From NCBI RefSeq assembly GCF_009914755.1, contig NC_060930.1: a stretch of DNA of 64,000 nucleotides. The stretch is one strand, 5' to 3'. Within the stretch, counting starts at the first letter, position 1; the number at the start of each line of letters is the position of its first letter. The notes below the pieces were generated by a model. That model ran no database searches, was not told the DNA's origin, and worked only from the letters and a program-made list of their open reading frames with translations. Both the position numbers and the translations under genes were made by a program. Below are positions 28,956 to 44,962 of this stretch, in pieces. The stretch is from the human T2T-CHM13v2.0 reference genome, Homo sapiens.

Positions 28956-29244
28956 TAAGTTTTATTGCTATTAAATATTTCTATTTTTATTAAGGGAAGA
29001 GTACATTGCTATTGGGAAAAATATCATTTTAAACTAAAAATGTTATATTTTAAGTTTTTAAGTTAACAAGTCAGTCATCAGTTACTACCTTAAGAGCAGC
29101 ATGAAAGGAACAAAGGAAAAATTCCTGAGAGAGAAACCTTGGCAAGAAGGAGAGATGTTGCAGGCAAACTCCATTTGCCTCACAAATGTGTTTTGGGCCA
29201 GTCTTTCTTTATATGTCGCTAAACTTTGTTAAATATTTGTATAT

Positions 29245-29507
<263 letters not shown>

Positions 29508-29557
29508 TCAACTCCAAGTCTTGCCGTTAGAAAGACCATAAAAGGTTTAAACCTATA

Positions 29558-30072
29558 TGTTAGTGTCCTATTACTGCTGTAACAAATTACTAAAACACTA
29601 GTGTCTTGAAACAATACAAATGTATTGTCTCCCAGTTCTGGAGGTCTGAAGTTGAAAATGGGTCTCACTGGTATAAAGTCAATGTATCAGAGGGCATAGG
29701 GCTACTACTGGAGGCACTAAGATAGAATCTACTTCCTCACCTTTTCCAGCTTCTACAGGCTGCCAGCAGCTGTTAGCTTATAGCTCCTTCCTCCCTCTTC
29801 AAAGCCAGCAGTGCAGCATCTTCACATCCTTCTCTAACCTCTGCTTCCTTCATTACATCTCCTTCTCTCACCTTTTCCTTCCTGCATCCTTCTTATGAGG
29901 GTCCTTATGATTACATCAGTTCTACCCAGATTATCCAGGACAATCTCCCCATCTCAATATCCTTAACTTAATCCTTAAGTAAATTTCCCTGTGCCCTGTA
30001 AAGTAGAATATTCACAGGTTCTTGGTATTAGGATTTGGACATTTTGGGAGGGCCATCATTCTGCTTCCCACA
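29558..30072 (-). mobile_element. MLT1D-type MaLR LTR
   Basis: ttactgctgtaacaaattac...cagttctggaggtctgaag...ttttccagcttcta...cattctgcttcccaca. Confidence 0.82.
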
Positions 30073-30619
30073 GCCAGAAACAAATATATTTCTAATGGAA
30101 CACATGATTTCTTAAATAATTATAACAGTTCCATTCCAGCTATTTCTCTTAAATCATATATTCTTGCAGTTTTCCATCCCCTAGAGTCTCTTTTTGCTTC
30201 AGGACATGAGTAGATAGAACCTCATTAATGAGACAATAGGCTGGAAGAAAGGTTCCAGGTGAAGACTATACTAGTGAGGGGGAAAAAACAAAAATACTGT
30301 GTTTTTGGACTCCTCCAATATTATTCCAGTTGTTCTACAAACAACACACACACATACCAGTCTATCTTTCTCTTTATCAATCTATCCATCCATATAACTA
30401 CCTATCTATTTAGACATTTATTTTTCAAAATGATTTATGGTGCCTCTTTTGGTGTTTAATTTTCTAAATGTGCAAACATCTGCATTTTTTTATGAAAGCC
30501 TAAAATATGCATCATAAGCATGCCATATTATTAAGCATGTTTTGAGATCTAAAACCAGTTAGTGCTCTGTAAACTGAAAATAAGTAATAAGGTGGTTTTT
30601 AAGCCAAATATTCCAACTT

Positions 30620-31180
30620 ACACTTTTATTCTACAACTAATTATCAAGTGTCTACAAAGTGCCAGGCTCTATTCTGGGCCTGGGGATTTAGTAGGACCAG
30701 AAACAAGAACAACAGGAACAACAAAGGCTAACACAAATATCTGTCTTTATGGAGCTCACAATTCAATAAGATAGCTGAGCAGTAAGTAAATAAATAATAA
30801 AACAAGGACAGTATAATATGTCACTTAATGATAGTGCTACAGGAGAGTGAAAAAAGGCAGGAAAGTGGGGCTAGGGGCAGGAAGGTTCCAAAGGAAACTG
30901 CAATTTTAACTATGGTGGCCAGAGTCAGATGCTTTGCTGAGAAAGTATCTGAGCAAATAAAAAGGAGGTGAGAGATAAAGACTCAAGAGTATTTCAAGAA
31001 AAGAATCTTTGGTGGAGGAAGTGGAAAATCCTAGAGCAGGAAATGAGATTTATTCTTTGAGAACATTAATTCCATCTTTTAACTAATATTTATTGATGGC
31101 CTCAAATGGGTGGGGCACTCTTACATCAGTACACAAAATAAATCCCCTTTCTTCAAAAAACTTATATTCCAAGGAATAAC
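30620..31180 (-). mobile_element. L2 3'-end fragments
   Basis: ttatcaagtgtctacaaagtgccaggctctattctgggcctggggat...tggagctcacaattc. Confidence 0.65.
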
Positions 31181-34100
31181 TTGACTTTCCTTTAATTTAT
31201 TCTACTCTGTCATTTTTCTGAAAATGAGGGAAAATCAATTTTCCTGTTTATGAAACAAGAATAGCACGATAAGCCCAAAAGAGAACTTTAGAGATTATTT
31301 AGCTAAAATGTTTAAAGTACTAGGAATCATTTTTATAGAATAATGATTGGCCAGTATAATCACCACATTGAAATCTTGGTTTTAGTTTGCTTATTGTTAG
31401 TTTGAATTTTAGTTCCATCGCATCTAGGCCTTACATTTGTAGGGCTTCAGTTGGAACCAGATGATATTTGGAACAAAACTGATTTCATGAAGATGATTTC
31501 CTAGAGTCTAACACCCAGTAAATGCAGTCAGTTTATTCAAACATTACACTGTTTCCAGAGTAATGTATGTTGCACAAATAAAATAAATCATGGATTTAGA
31601 GAGAAGCTGAAGTGTTGTCAACTGGGCTGTAAATGTTTCAACATAATAAACAGTACAGTAGAATAGAAGTAGCTCAAAAGTTGAAGATTTCAGTTTGTGA
31701 TGCAGGGAAAAAGGATCTGATTTAGGTAGGAAAGAAAAGAGAATTTTAATGATGGAAATGGTCTAAAAGAAATCGTATATATTACGGTTGTCAGTGTGAC
31801 AGATGGTGAGACTGTATATAATAAAGTCAAAAGATATTTTGACAAGAAAGAAGATGGATCTGACAGTTCAGAAATCAGAATCCTGGGCAGTAAAAAATGA
31901 GAAAAATATAATTGAATGTGTGCTCAGCTGATACATAGTTAATTTTACACAGCCCAAGGCAACAGAGTTTGGGAAATGGTCAGTAGTGTTAGCAGACTTG
32001 ATAAAACGAAGAGAAGAGGAGGGATAATGTGAAAACAAAGCAAAGGAAGACAACATTCTACCACCTGTAAAATAGTATTTTCAGTAAATTATTTGAAAAA
32101 AAAAAAAACCAGAAACTAACCCATCTGAATCCATTCAAAATGGTCATTTGAACAATACAGGGCTAGATTTAAATGCTATTATACTTTACATAAATATACA
32201 ACATCCCTTAAAGTAAAACTAATTTTTTTCACAGCTACAAAGGAAATACATTTCATTAACACTGTTTCTTAAAATAATCCTAGAAAACAAGGTCTCTTTT
32301 TGACACAGGTATTTGAATTTCCTTGGCCATTAACATCTTGTAACTACCATTGTTTTCAGATATAATTCTATTTAAACAAATCTAAAAAGTGATAGATTCT
32401 TTAGAACATGAATAAGTTATATAAAGGATTACCCCTTTTTCTTTCAAAAAGTGACTGTGTTATTCGCCTGATGTTATGCTAGGCTTCCGTATTGTTATCA
32501 CAGGGACACTCTCAAGTATAGCTTAAAAATACACTTGTCCTTCACATTCTTAATACTTTTAGGTCAGTATATCTGTAGCAGCAACCCCTTATGTGAAAAC
32601 CTGGAAAGGGTAAAACATAATGGCTTCATACTGAAGGTTTCAGAAGGGGAAAGAAAGGCCCTAAGGAAAAAAAAAAAAAAGAAACTGGTTTAAGAACACA
32701 CAGTGAGCATGGGCAGAGTGGACACATCGAGGCAGACATTCCATCTGTGTAGTCCATGCTCTTAACAACTTTGCCATAATGACTTATGAGCCTTACCTGT
32801 GAAACATTCCTTGTCATTATCCTTGTCAGTCACATGTGCATTTACAACAGGAAAACGAGACAAATACCTAAATGCTTTCAGAAGAAACCCAACAGTAGGA
32901 AAAAATACCAGAAATGAAGAATGTCTCTATGTTGTTTTTGTAAAGGACAGAGTTCTCAGAGATATTTTATGTGTATAGATGAAACTAAAAACGGCACTGC
33001 AGGATGCTTTAATAATCTTTATTGCATCATATTTGTGAAAATTATACTACATCACTGCCATCTGTAGTGATGCATAAATCACAAGGCAATAAAGCCTCCT
33101 AATAAATCTTACGCCCACTCTCTTCACATTATTGATCCCTTTTATTTGCTGATGCAAGAACTCTTCCATATGTTGATGCAGCATCCGTGATCTATGTGTC
33201 ATTATCCTTTATGTCTAATAGCATTTTCTATAAATCAATATCCTTCCTCTTTGAAGATGGTCCTGCAGAATGAGTTGCTATATGCTTGTGTGAGCATCGC
33301 TGAAAGCCTGGAGGTGTGGCATGGCTTGCCATTCCCTCATTAGTCTGAGGAAATTTGTAGGTGATCGTTTGTGGATCTTCCATGGGTTTTGTCACAGCCT
33401 CACCCTGTTAACTCTATGTTCCTAGTGAGTAGCCTCAGCAGTTTTAGCCTCATCACTGCACTGTGCCTAGTAGTCAGCAGTCTTGGATCTGTGCTTATCA
33501 TCAGATACAGCCCTGTTCCACTACTTGACACTCTCCTTAACCATAACCTCCTGGTGGTCCCACTTCTATCAGCCTCCATCTGCTAACACATCAATCACAG
33601 AGGATTTGTTTGAGACTCTTAATGTCTCATAATGTTATAATCATTGTTGTTTTTTTTGTTGTTGTTTTAACATTTAATACAAGGAAACTGCTATAGTGAG
33701 AACATATTTAGTGCTGATTTGATAGTAAACTTGAGGAGCTGATTTAAGCGATTGTAGGTAAAGTCGGTTATACACTAGTTCTCTAACCCATTCAGGCTGA
33801 GCCACTTACAGAAAACCCAATCTGCAGTGTTGTGTTATATTTCTTTTGCCTGCCAGCCTCTCAAAGCATGTGCAGTTTTGACAGTTTCTTTTGCCTTGCC
33901 TGCTAGCCAAGCAGGTGACAGAACATTGCTGTAAAAGAAACTGCTTTGGATAGCTTTCAACGTTAAATCACTAATGTAGATTTTTAATGTTAAGCAAAAA
34001 GTCCATGGTGCAAATGGAAGTATGTCTGCCTTCATATTTCACAGACTCTTAGCCTAATATGTGTTTGATATGCTATCACCTTAAACCACTAAAGCCATGT

Positions 34101-35229
34101 GCTGCTCAAACATCATAAAACATACAATCCTATTTTTCTATAAAGAATAGTTTACATCTGAAGTCAGATTTATTTTGAAATTTCACATGCTAACACAAAG
34201 CATTAATGTTGAGTGGGAAAACTATAGAATCTTTAGAAAGGTATCAGAATAACTTCAAAATGAATTCAGTATTTTTATGTATTATTATATACATCATCTG
34301 ATATGCACTGAAAGGATGAAACCATTTAATAAAGGTTAAAAAATAGCATTTGTGAGTCAATAATGACTTCAAAATTAAAACAAATAGGTAACATTCTAAT
34401 AATACAAGTAATATACCACTTTTAAGAAAAATAATTTGTAAAAGGTGGCTTCAAATTTTGCTATAGAAATTATGGAAAGAACAACTTAATCTCAAAATCT
34501 TTTCTAGTATACCCAAATAAGCTGACTAAGAATTTCAACTCTAGAAACTTAACAAAAATGAAAAAACAAATCAAACAAAAACTCCAAAATACACCAAAAA
34601 TGTAAAAGTGTATATTTATTAGGGTTAATAAATAAAGAAGAAAGTAAAAGAAGAGATAACACAGAATGCTTCTTCCCTCTAACCACCCATTTCTGGTCAC
34701 AGATGGGAAAATCTTACATTTAAGATCCTCTCTAATATAGATGTTGCTTGTAATATGTAGGATATTAATAGTTCCCTTTGGACCACGATGTTCTTGACAA
34801 TAAGTCCAGTAAGTCCTACAATTCCTTATATCCAAGCAGAAAGTTATTGTAGTAGAAATGGGTAATCAAATGACATTTGATTCATTCATTCATTCCACTC
34901 ATTGAGGAGAGGGTTTCATGTTTTGAGTTACTTTCCTATCGTGTTCTCCCAGCCCAACCCCTTCCCACCCATCAGAATAGGGGCTAATCCCCCAAAGTAT
35001 CATATCTTATTGACTTATTTACTCAGACTCAGAGAAGCAATGATTTAAGGCATTATGAGCTCAACTGGTTTATCTTCCTAGAGAAATGAAGGACTGCTAA
35101 AATAAGAGTCAAAATATTCATATGCCCTAGCCCTATTATGAATACAATATTAAATTTAACTCATCTATTCAGGCAAATAAAAATAATCATTGTCATTTTG
35201 ACTTCAAAGTGTCCTCTGACTTACTCCTC

Positions 35230-35985
35230 CAAGTCTTATTTCAGAACTAAACAGCATCACCATCCACCAAGACCTCCAGCACAGAGGAAGCAGGAGTCAT
35301 CATTGATTCTACCTCATCCTCAACGTTCATTTTATATCCATGTCTTATTGATTTCACCTTCAGTAACTGTTTAATCAACCTCTTCTGTTTAATCAAGCTT
35401 TTTCCTTCTTCTGTTTTTACATCCTACAATTTCCTGAGAGCTCTCCTCATAAAACATAAAATTAATCATGTAGCTACATTGCTGATACATTTAGGTGGCC
35501 TTCTAATGCCTACAAATTAAACCCAAAACCTTTATCACTATGCAATGTAAACAAAAGTGTTTCAACATGTTCCATTTATAATGAACACTTAATGTTACAG
35601 GTTCAAAAATACCCCTATTCTTCCCAAGTATGTCGACTTGACAATATCCAAGACTTTTGTCTCCCTCATTCTTTTCCTTCTTTATAAGTTGTCTTTCATC
35701 TTCTTCTCTGCCAAACAAAATTCAACAACCCTCGAGGGCCCAATTCAAATCTCACTCTTCTTTTATGAGCCTTGCTCTATACACTCTTTCCCCCACATCA
35801 CCTCTTTTTCTAGAAATTCTAATTATTTGGATGTTATGATGTGTGATGAATGTCTTTTAACAATTTACATGCCTGCATGTAAATGAGATTCTGGAGGGCA
35901 AAGAATATCTAATTCATACTTGAATCTCAATATTTCACACATTGCCTAGCACTGGAGTTTATAAATATTTATTGAATCAAGTAAA
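35230..35985 (+). mobile_element. L2 fragment including 3' end
   Basis: ggagtcatcattgattct, aaaacataaaattaatcatgt, gtaaatgagattctggagggca, ataaatatttattgaat. Confidence 0.6.
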
Positions 35986-37539
35986 ATTCTCTAATCTTTT
36001 AAATATGCAAACATGATCTATGTATCTTATTTAAATAAATATGGCTCATGACTTAGTAGCTAACTATAGATAGATATTATAAAACTATATTGTTTAAAGT
36101 TCTGTCATGGTATATTTCTACCAAAATGTTCAGATAGAAAAAGAAGAGATTCAGTTGGAAATGCTCTTGTAAAGAACACTTTTATTCTATGATAAATAGA
36201 AGAATTTATCCCTGACTAATTCAACCAGAAAAGTCTTTTTGTAGAATTCAATTCTATAACCCTATTCAATGGAGTTAATGATTGTTTCACATGAGTGATA
36301 GTAATACATTAAGATTTATAGAAGGATGTGCAAGAAAACATAGCCGAAAGCAGATATAATATTTAAAATATAATTCCTGTAGAACGAAAACAAAATCTAT
36401 AAGACAGGGCTCCATAGAAACATAATGTTCCATTTCAGGCTTTCAAAACAGACTTACAAATGAAACATTTCATAAACAATGAATAACATGCACTTAAGAA
36501 CCTCACACAGAGAAAAATTGCAACTGAGCATGCATGTGTAATTTGCACTACAGTAATCTTACTTTTTAGCAAATGCAAGGAATCCTGTCACCGAATGGTG
36601 AGCAAAGTGATGGGTGGCATACTGATGTTACTGAAATTCTCTCCAGAGGAATATGGATACAAAAATATAAGTGTAATGTTTTGTACATATAATTTTTAAT
36701 TGCCAACAAATGTAAATAAATAATTTGAAGCTTGTTTTCATCAAGCTATCGATACGCTCTTTAGAAGAAGCCACTCATAAGACTGAGGAATTAGACATAT
36801 TAAATTCTTAAAGTTTTATCTTGGAGGTGGGACGATGCTCATATTTCTGCATTGCGTAATTATGCTTTTTTTCAGAGATACAATTTCCTTCAGTTTTCTC
36901 ACTTGCACAAAGCATGGAATTCTGGTACTTAAAAAATTTATTAGACTTTTAGTTTGTTTTATTTCTTTGCATACATATAAACCATGGGTTACCAGCTGTT
37001 TACAAGTTTACTCATGAATCTCAACTCTCCTGCACTGACCTATCATCAAACGGTAGCCATATCACCTACCAGTTCCTCAGGGAACACATGTTATTGAAGC
37101 TACTTTTTTCTCTTTAAATGTGTTACAAGTAGTAAACTATATAATTATTTTCCGGAAAAAAAATCCTTGAATTTCTTGTGAATGAAGATAAAAATATCAG
37201 TTGAATTAAATAGTGAAAAGTAAAGGTGAGTCTTGTTTTTATATTTACAAAGAAACCCTAATTAATTAATCATCTTAGCCAACAACATCTTAGCACACAA
37301 TCTCATAACACAATGTTTAGACAGTGACCCAATCCTAGAACATAGTATGGACTTCATTTATGGTTACTGAACCAAAGGTGATGACATAGATTTTGTAAAA
37401 TAACTCAGAGGAATAAGTTGTTTCTTTACAAAGTAGCCTAATAAGTACTTTGTCCAAAACAACCTACCTAGGTACCATGATTCCTGTCAGCTACATCATC
37501 ACTTCTAATTCTATCTGAAGATACAATTGAAACCACTAC

Positions 37540-38827
<1,288 letters not shown>

Positions 38828-38859
38828 CTACTAAGGCTGTATTGTATCAAGAAACCCAA

Positions 38860-39376
38860 GTGAGATAAATTATATTATTGCTTAACAAGTATTCACTTTC
38901 TATCCCCTTCTGTGAAAGGAATATATTCCCTACCCAATTGATGTTGAACGTGGCTATGTGACTTGCTTTTTCTAATGGGATGATAGTGGAAATTATGTGA
39001 GTAGAATTTGAAATGTGCTTGTGTGATTTGACTTGGTCTCCTGCACTTTGATCTTTTTTTCATAAAAAGGATATGTCTCAGCTATCTTCAGTTTTAAGAA
39101 GGATGAGAAACAAGTGAATGTAGTTCACAGCTAGAAAGCAAGCCTAATTGCGCCAAATCTAAAGTAGCTGAACTCATGTCAACCCATAGATGAGTAAGAA
39201 ATGGATGCTTATTGGCAAGCAGGTTGGTAAGTAGTTTGGTATAAAAGTAATCATGTTTTTTTGTCCGTAAAAGTAATGGTAAAAACCGCAATAACTTTTG
39301 CACCAACCTAATACATGCCAATGAGTTTTGATTTTTTTTTTACACAATGTTATTATGGATACAAACGACTGATACA
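38860..39376 (+). mobile_element. MLT1I/J-type MaLR LTR
   Basis: tggctatgtgacttgctttttctaatgggat, aaatgtgcttgtgtgatttgacttgg, terminal gactgataca. Confidence 0.65.
39231..39311. mobile_element. MADE1 (Hsmar1-derived 80-bp palindromic MITE)
   Basis: tagtttggtataaaagtaat...taatggtaaaaaccgcaataacttttgcaccaacctaa + TA. Confidence 0.88.
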
Positions 39377-40023
39377 CCAAGGAATAAAAGCATTTCATCA
39401 ATACACAAGGAGAAGAAATAATTTTAAAAGTTACTTAATTGTGAAACTATTGGTTTAACTGGTAAAATAGTTGTACAGGTGAAAGTTTAGTTTTGTTATG
39501 CATGTAAAGACATTAATAACAGAAGATTTTGAAAAGTAAAGCATCCAGTGAGAAAATATAAAAGGAAAATGACAAATATAGAAAAATCTTAGGAATGTTA
39601 TTGGTGAAAGGAAGGAAAAACTAAGAGTGAAGCTTGAAGGGGTATTAGAAAATGGAAGCCTTGTTAAATTTTTGTTTCTTTTTTTCTTTAAAGGAATAAA
39701 TGATCTAAATATATTTACAATTAGAAGAGAAATATCAATGAAGCAAGAGCCCTAAAATGCAAGGGAGGGACTTATTAACTGATTTCAAACAAAGCTTTGG
39801 CTCAGCTGAGTTGTGAATGACACTCTGCACAAAGTGAAAGAGAGGAAACAAACTTACTCTGAGACAGGAGGAAGAAAAGAGTAATGTTACAGATAAGTTC
39901 TAAAGACATAAGGAAGCTGTGATCACCTAGATATGTTGAAATGACAAGATAGATAGCAAACAAAGGCACTTGTGCTAGATGACCTATATTTGCCAACATG
40001 GGATAAGGAGATTGCATGACTGA

Positions 40024-40354
<331 letters not shown>

Positions 40355-40666
40355 GTGTATCAATAACAAAGATGATGGTGACAAGAGCAAACTGTCTGAA
40401 AATTCGATGTTATTTATATTAGTAATACTACAAACTCTTAGTCTTGTTAAGATTAATTCCAAAATGTGATCTTAACGTAAATTCGAGGATTCATTTGGGG
40501 CAGGCAATTCAATGTCTAGGATCCATTTACTTCTGCTTTCCTGTTTTTAACATAGGGCAACTACAGTTTCATCTTGGAGAAAAGAAAATCATAGATTTTA
40601 TCAAATAACCTCATCTTTTACATGAACAAGATAACTATTTACTTTCTCTTTAAAAATAAAGCATAA

Positions 40667-41901
40667 TGAAACTGGACCCCTTCCTTATACCTTATACAAA
40701 AATTAACTCAAGATAGATTAAATACTTAAATGTAATACATAAAACCATAAAAACCCTAGAAGAAATCCTAGGCAATACCATCCAGGACATAGGCATGGGC
40801 AAAGACTACATGACTAAAACACCAAAAGCAATTGCAACAAAAGCCCCAGTTGACATATGGGATCTAATTAAACTAAGAGCTTCTGCACAGCAAAAAACAA
40901 AACCAAAAACAAACAAACAAAAAAACAAAAAACAAAAAACTATCATTACAGTGAACGGGCAGCCTACAGAATGGGAAAACATTTTTGCAATCCATCTGAC
41001 AAAGGGCTAATATCCAGAATCTACAAGGAACTTAAACAAATGTACAAGAAAAATACAACGCTATCAAAAAGTGGGCGAAGGACAGGAACAAACACTTCTC
41101 AAAAGAAGAAATTTATGCAGGCAACAAACATATGAAAAAAAGCTCATCTTCACTGGTTATTAGAGAAATGCAGATCAAAACCACAATGAGATACCATGTC
41201 ACACCAGTTAGAATGGTGATCATTGAAACGTCAGGAAACAACAGATGCTGGAGAGGATGTGGAGAAATAGGAATGCTTTTACGCTGTTGGTGGGAATGTA
41301 AATTAGTTTAAATGTTGTGGAAGACAGTGTGGCGATTCCTGAAGGATCTAGAACCAGAAATACCATTTGATCCAGCAATCCCATTACTGCGCATATACCC
41401 AAAGGATTATAAATCATTATACTAAAGAGACACATGCACACACATGTTTATTGCAGCATTGTTCACAATAGCAAATATATGGAACCAAATCAAATGCCCA
41501 TCAATGTTAGACTGGATAAAGAAAATGTGGCACATATATACCATGGATTACTATGCAGCCATAAAAAAGGATGAGTTCATGTCCTTTGTAGTGACATGGA
41601 TGAAGGTGGAAACCATCAATCTCAGCAAACTAACAGAGGAACAGAAAACCAAACACCACATGTTCTCACTCATAAGTGGGAGTTGAACAATGAGAACACA
41701 TGGACACAGGGAGAGGAACATCACACACTGGGGCCTGTCGGGGTTGGGGGGCAAGGGGAGGGATAGCATTAGGAGAAATACCTAATGTTGGTGATGGGTT
41801 GCTGGGTGCAGCAAACCACCGTGGCACGTGTATACCTATGTAACAAACCTGCATGTTCTGCACATGTATCCCAGAACTTAAAGTATTAAAAAAAAAAAAA
41901 A
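40667..41901 (+). mobile_element. L1PA7/8-type 5'-truncated element
   Basis: ORF2 C-terminus ([26 protein letters not shown]); 3'UTR gcaaaccacc...tgtatcccagaacttaaagta + poly(A). Confidence 0.92.
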
Positions 41902-42369
41902 GATGTTATTACCTCCTGGACTGGATTGCAGAGAAAACTGTAAATGTTTTAACACACTAGTGTTTCTACTGCCAAATTCCTGTTAGCTCATTAATTGCAT
42001 TCCATATACACCTTTGCAAATGTTTGCCCTATAGTCTGTTTATAAACATCTTAGATATGGCAGAAATTTAAAAAAAAGTAAAAGAGATAAAAAACAACAT
42101 TCATATGAATTATACTAATTTATTTTTATTTTTGAATTCTTATTTTTTGAGGGAATCGTAAGTATAAATTTACTGTATACCTAGTGGCGTATAGTAAAAT
42201 TGTAGGCATAAGGATAAAAGGAAATAATAAACTTCATAGTGCTCAGCTTCAAACCCAAACCTCTAAATAACAGGACAGGCTCAGATACCTCAGGGATCAG
42301 GCAGATAATACAAATAAATGAAACAGGCAAAAAAAGAGTACAGTCTTGCCAAGAGAGGCAATCCCTACT

Positions 42370-42545
42370 TAACTCCAACTGATTGTTCTCGTTTGAAAAC
42401 ACAAATCACAACTGCCAAATCTGATTGTTCAGGAGAAGCCAGAAATTCTGATGTATAATGTGAAACCTCTAGATTTCTTATATGGTAGCACAATTTTCTC
42501 TAAAACACTAGGTAATCTAAATAAAGCTGACCATCTATCAGTTTC
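42370..42545 (+). mobile_element. MER103C-like hAT fragment
   Basis: caggagaagccagaaattctgatgtataatgtgaaacctctagattt. Confidence 0.55.
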
Positions 42546-42557
42546 AGTGCTGTGTTG

Positions 42558-43515
42558 TGCAAATGATGAATGGCATATCCCCTAATTGTGGTATTAGACT
42601 GCCTCTCACCAGCCACAATTTGTAATTGCAACAATGGCATCACCAGATAGGACTCTCCTGCTTTGCTATGCACACATTCCTGAGCCCTGGAGAACAACTA
42701 ACTCTACAGGAAAAAGTGGAAGGCTCATCTAAGCCATTCTTGCTAGCTTTCATGACTAGCTGCTGGCCTACAGGCAATAAATTCCCAACTGCTCCTGCAA
42801 GTAGGCTTTAGGGCCTGGGAGGTCTTTATCTGGTTCAGAAGGCAAGGCTGCTTCTCAAAGCACCTCCAAGTGCTTTGGGGCCCCTGTTCAGATGGCAGGC
42901 ATTTCTGGTTACCAGCACCTGATGACTGACAGGAGCAGGGCAGTCATACTCACATCCAGGAGCTTGGTGCTTAACAGATGGTACACTGATTTCACAACAT
43001 CATCTACTCTGGGGATGATCCACTTGGCCACCACAATGATGCTGCTGACAGTGGTTGAAGTCTTCTTTTCAGCCTCTGAGCCCATTGTCATGGCAACAAG
43101 TTTTTCTCTCAAAGTGTGACAAATCTTCAAGATGACAATGCAGTGGGACATGAGACCCAAGGCATCCTAGATCCAGTCTTCATTCTCCAGAATGGGCTCT
43201 ATGCCAGAGTGGGCGATGATGACATCATCTAGTTCTAACTCAGAGAGCTCAGATTGGGTCTCCATGGCACCCAAGAGACTCATAATGGGCTTAGAATCAT
43301 AGCGCTGCAGCAGGTCTCCTGGCCAGCAGTAGCGCTGCACTCAAACCACCACCAAGACTGCAAACAAAGCCAGAAAGATGGTAGCCAGCACGCTTATGGC
43401 AACAATCACTGTGGCCTTCTTGCTTCTCTGTGGCTCCTGACTTAGTCTCACTCATATCCTCCTCATAGGCTAAATTTTCTGAACTGTAGATGAGCAGTCC
43501 CATGGCGGTGGGAGC
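42558..43515 (-). pseudogene. TMEM98 (processed pseudogene): Processed pseudogene of TMEM98 (5'UTR part, CDS remnant 43421-42777, proximal 3'UTR)
   Basis: Minus-strand translation VIVAISVLATIFLALFAVLVVV*VQRYCWPGDLLQRYDSKPI...METQSELSELELDDVII...ILENEDWI*DALGLMSHCIVILKICHTLREKLVAMTMGS...RVDDVVKS matches TMEM98 with no introns; ATG changed to AAG, two in-frame stops, a 4-nt frameshift and a ~33-nt deletion. Confidence 0.93.
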
Positions 43516-44669
43516 AAGCTATATTAATTTATTTTTTAAAGAAATGAAGAAGTATTTTTTAAATACCACAAAATATGATACCTTCAATTACGTTTAAAAC
43601 AATAAAACAAACGAAACCCTTAGATGACAAATCCTAGTAACAATATTATATTGTGGTGCTTACCCAATCACGAATCTTCTGCCCATATTGCAGATATTTT
43701 AAGGGAAAAAAAAAACAAGTAGAAACAAACAAAAAAATAGATTTACTGCTGGCCATATGGAGAAATTCTATTTTCAATAAATAATATAATTCAGAAAAGC
43801 TTTGTTGAGGACTAAAGCGAATAAGCACTTTGTAACCTTTACTTCTAAGAAACATTCCTTTTATTATCCATGTAAGTTATCTATAGAAAAAAATATTTCT
43901 AGCATGTTTTTATTTTTTTTTTAAGTTTTGTTTGAAGCTTTGAAGTATTCCTTAGCAATTTGTGTTTGGAGAGAAAAACTAGATATCTGGCATATGCAAT
44001 AGGCACAACTTTTAGTTTGCAAGTGTTTTGATGTGATTTTTTCCACTGAAAATATTGCTATAAGAGCATAGAAATCAGAATAAGTTAAATCAATCTCCTT
44101 ATAAAAAATTTTGGGGTTTGTGTAGACAATCTGTTGTAAGTTGTTTATGACTATTTCTAAGTATTTCTGTTACCCATTTACAATTTTTTGTAAAAGTTGA
44201 GGCCATTCTGCTCCATTTTCTCTAAGTTCTCTCTCAAGGAAAAAATAAATTCTACCTAAAACTACACTAGAAAGTGTGTATATGCTCGCACATGTGTCCA
44301 CATGGGGAAGAGTAGAGATTGGAGAAAATGTTCACACGGACAGGAAGGGGTATTACTGTGCCCTCTCAGAAATAAAGAACAAAATCAAGAACACTATGAT
44401 TTTTCTTAATTTTAATATATCTTTTGAGTATTTGTATATAGTGACATTCTCATTAACTATGATTTCAGAACAATAGGAATTCTATATTTATTATTCTATT
44501 ATTTTTCTATTAGTTCTTTCTCTCTAATATATGTTGCACAGAGGTATGCTTATATAAACCTAAATATGTTAATGAGGTGATTAAGACATAATATGCACTA
44601 TATTATAAGACTGAAGTGTCTAGTCTAAATGACTTACTTTATGGTACAGTATAGGTTAAGTTTTCTGAC

Positions 44670-44962
<293 letters not shown>

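Noticed and set aside
33050-33072. catcact-gccatctgt-agtgatg hairpin and partial CTCF-like core
   Set aside because: Only 7-bp arms, and several mismatches in the CTCF 5' half; expected by chance.
33240-33590. GC-richer stretch resembling an ancient LTR
   Set aside because: I could not assign a family or termini; needs a Dfam search.
39231-39311. MADE1 hairpin as a miR-548-family gene
   Set aside because: The left arm is visibly degraded and most MADE1 copies are not miRNA genes; it cannot be supported without small-RNA data.
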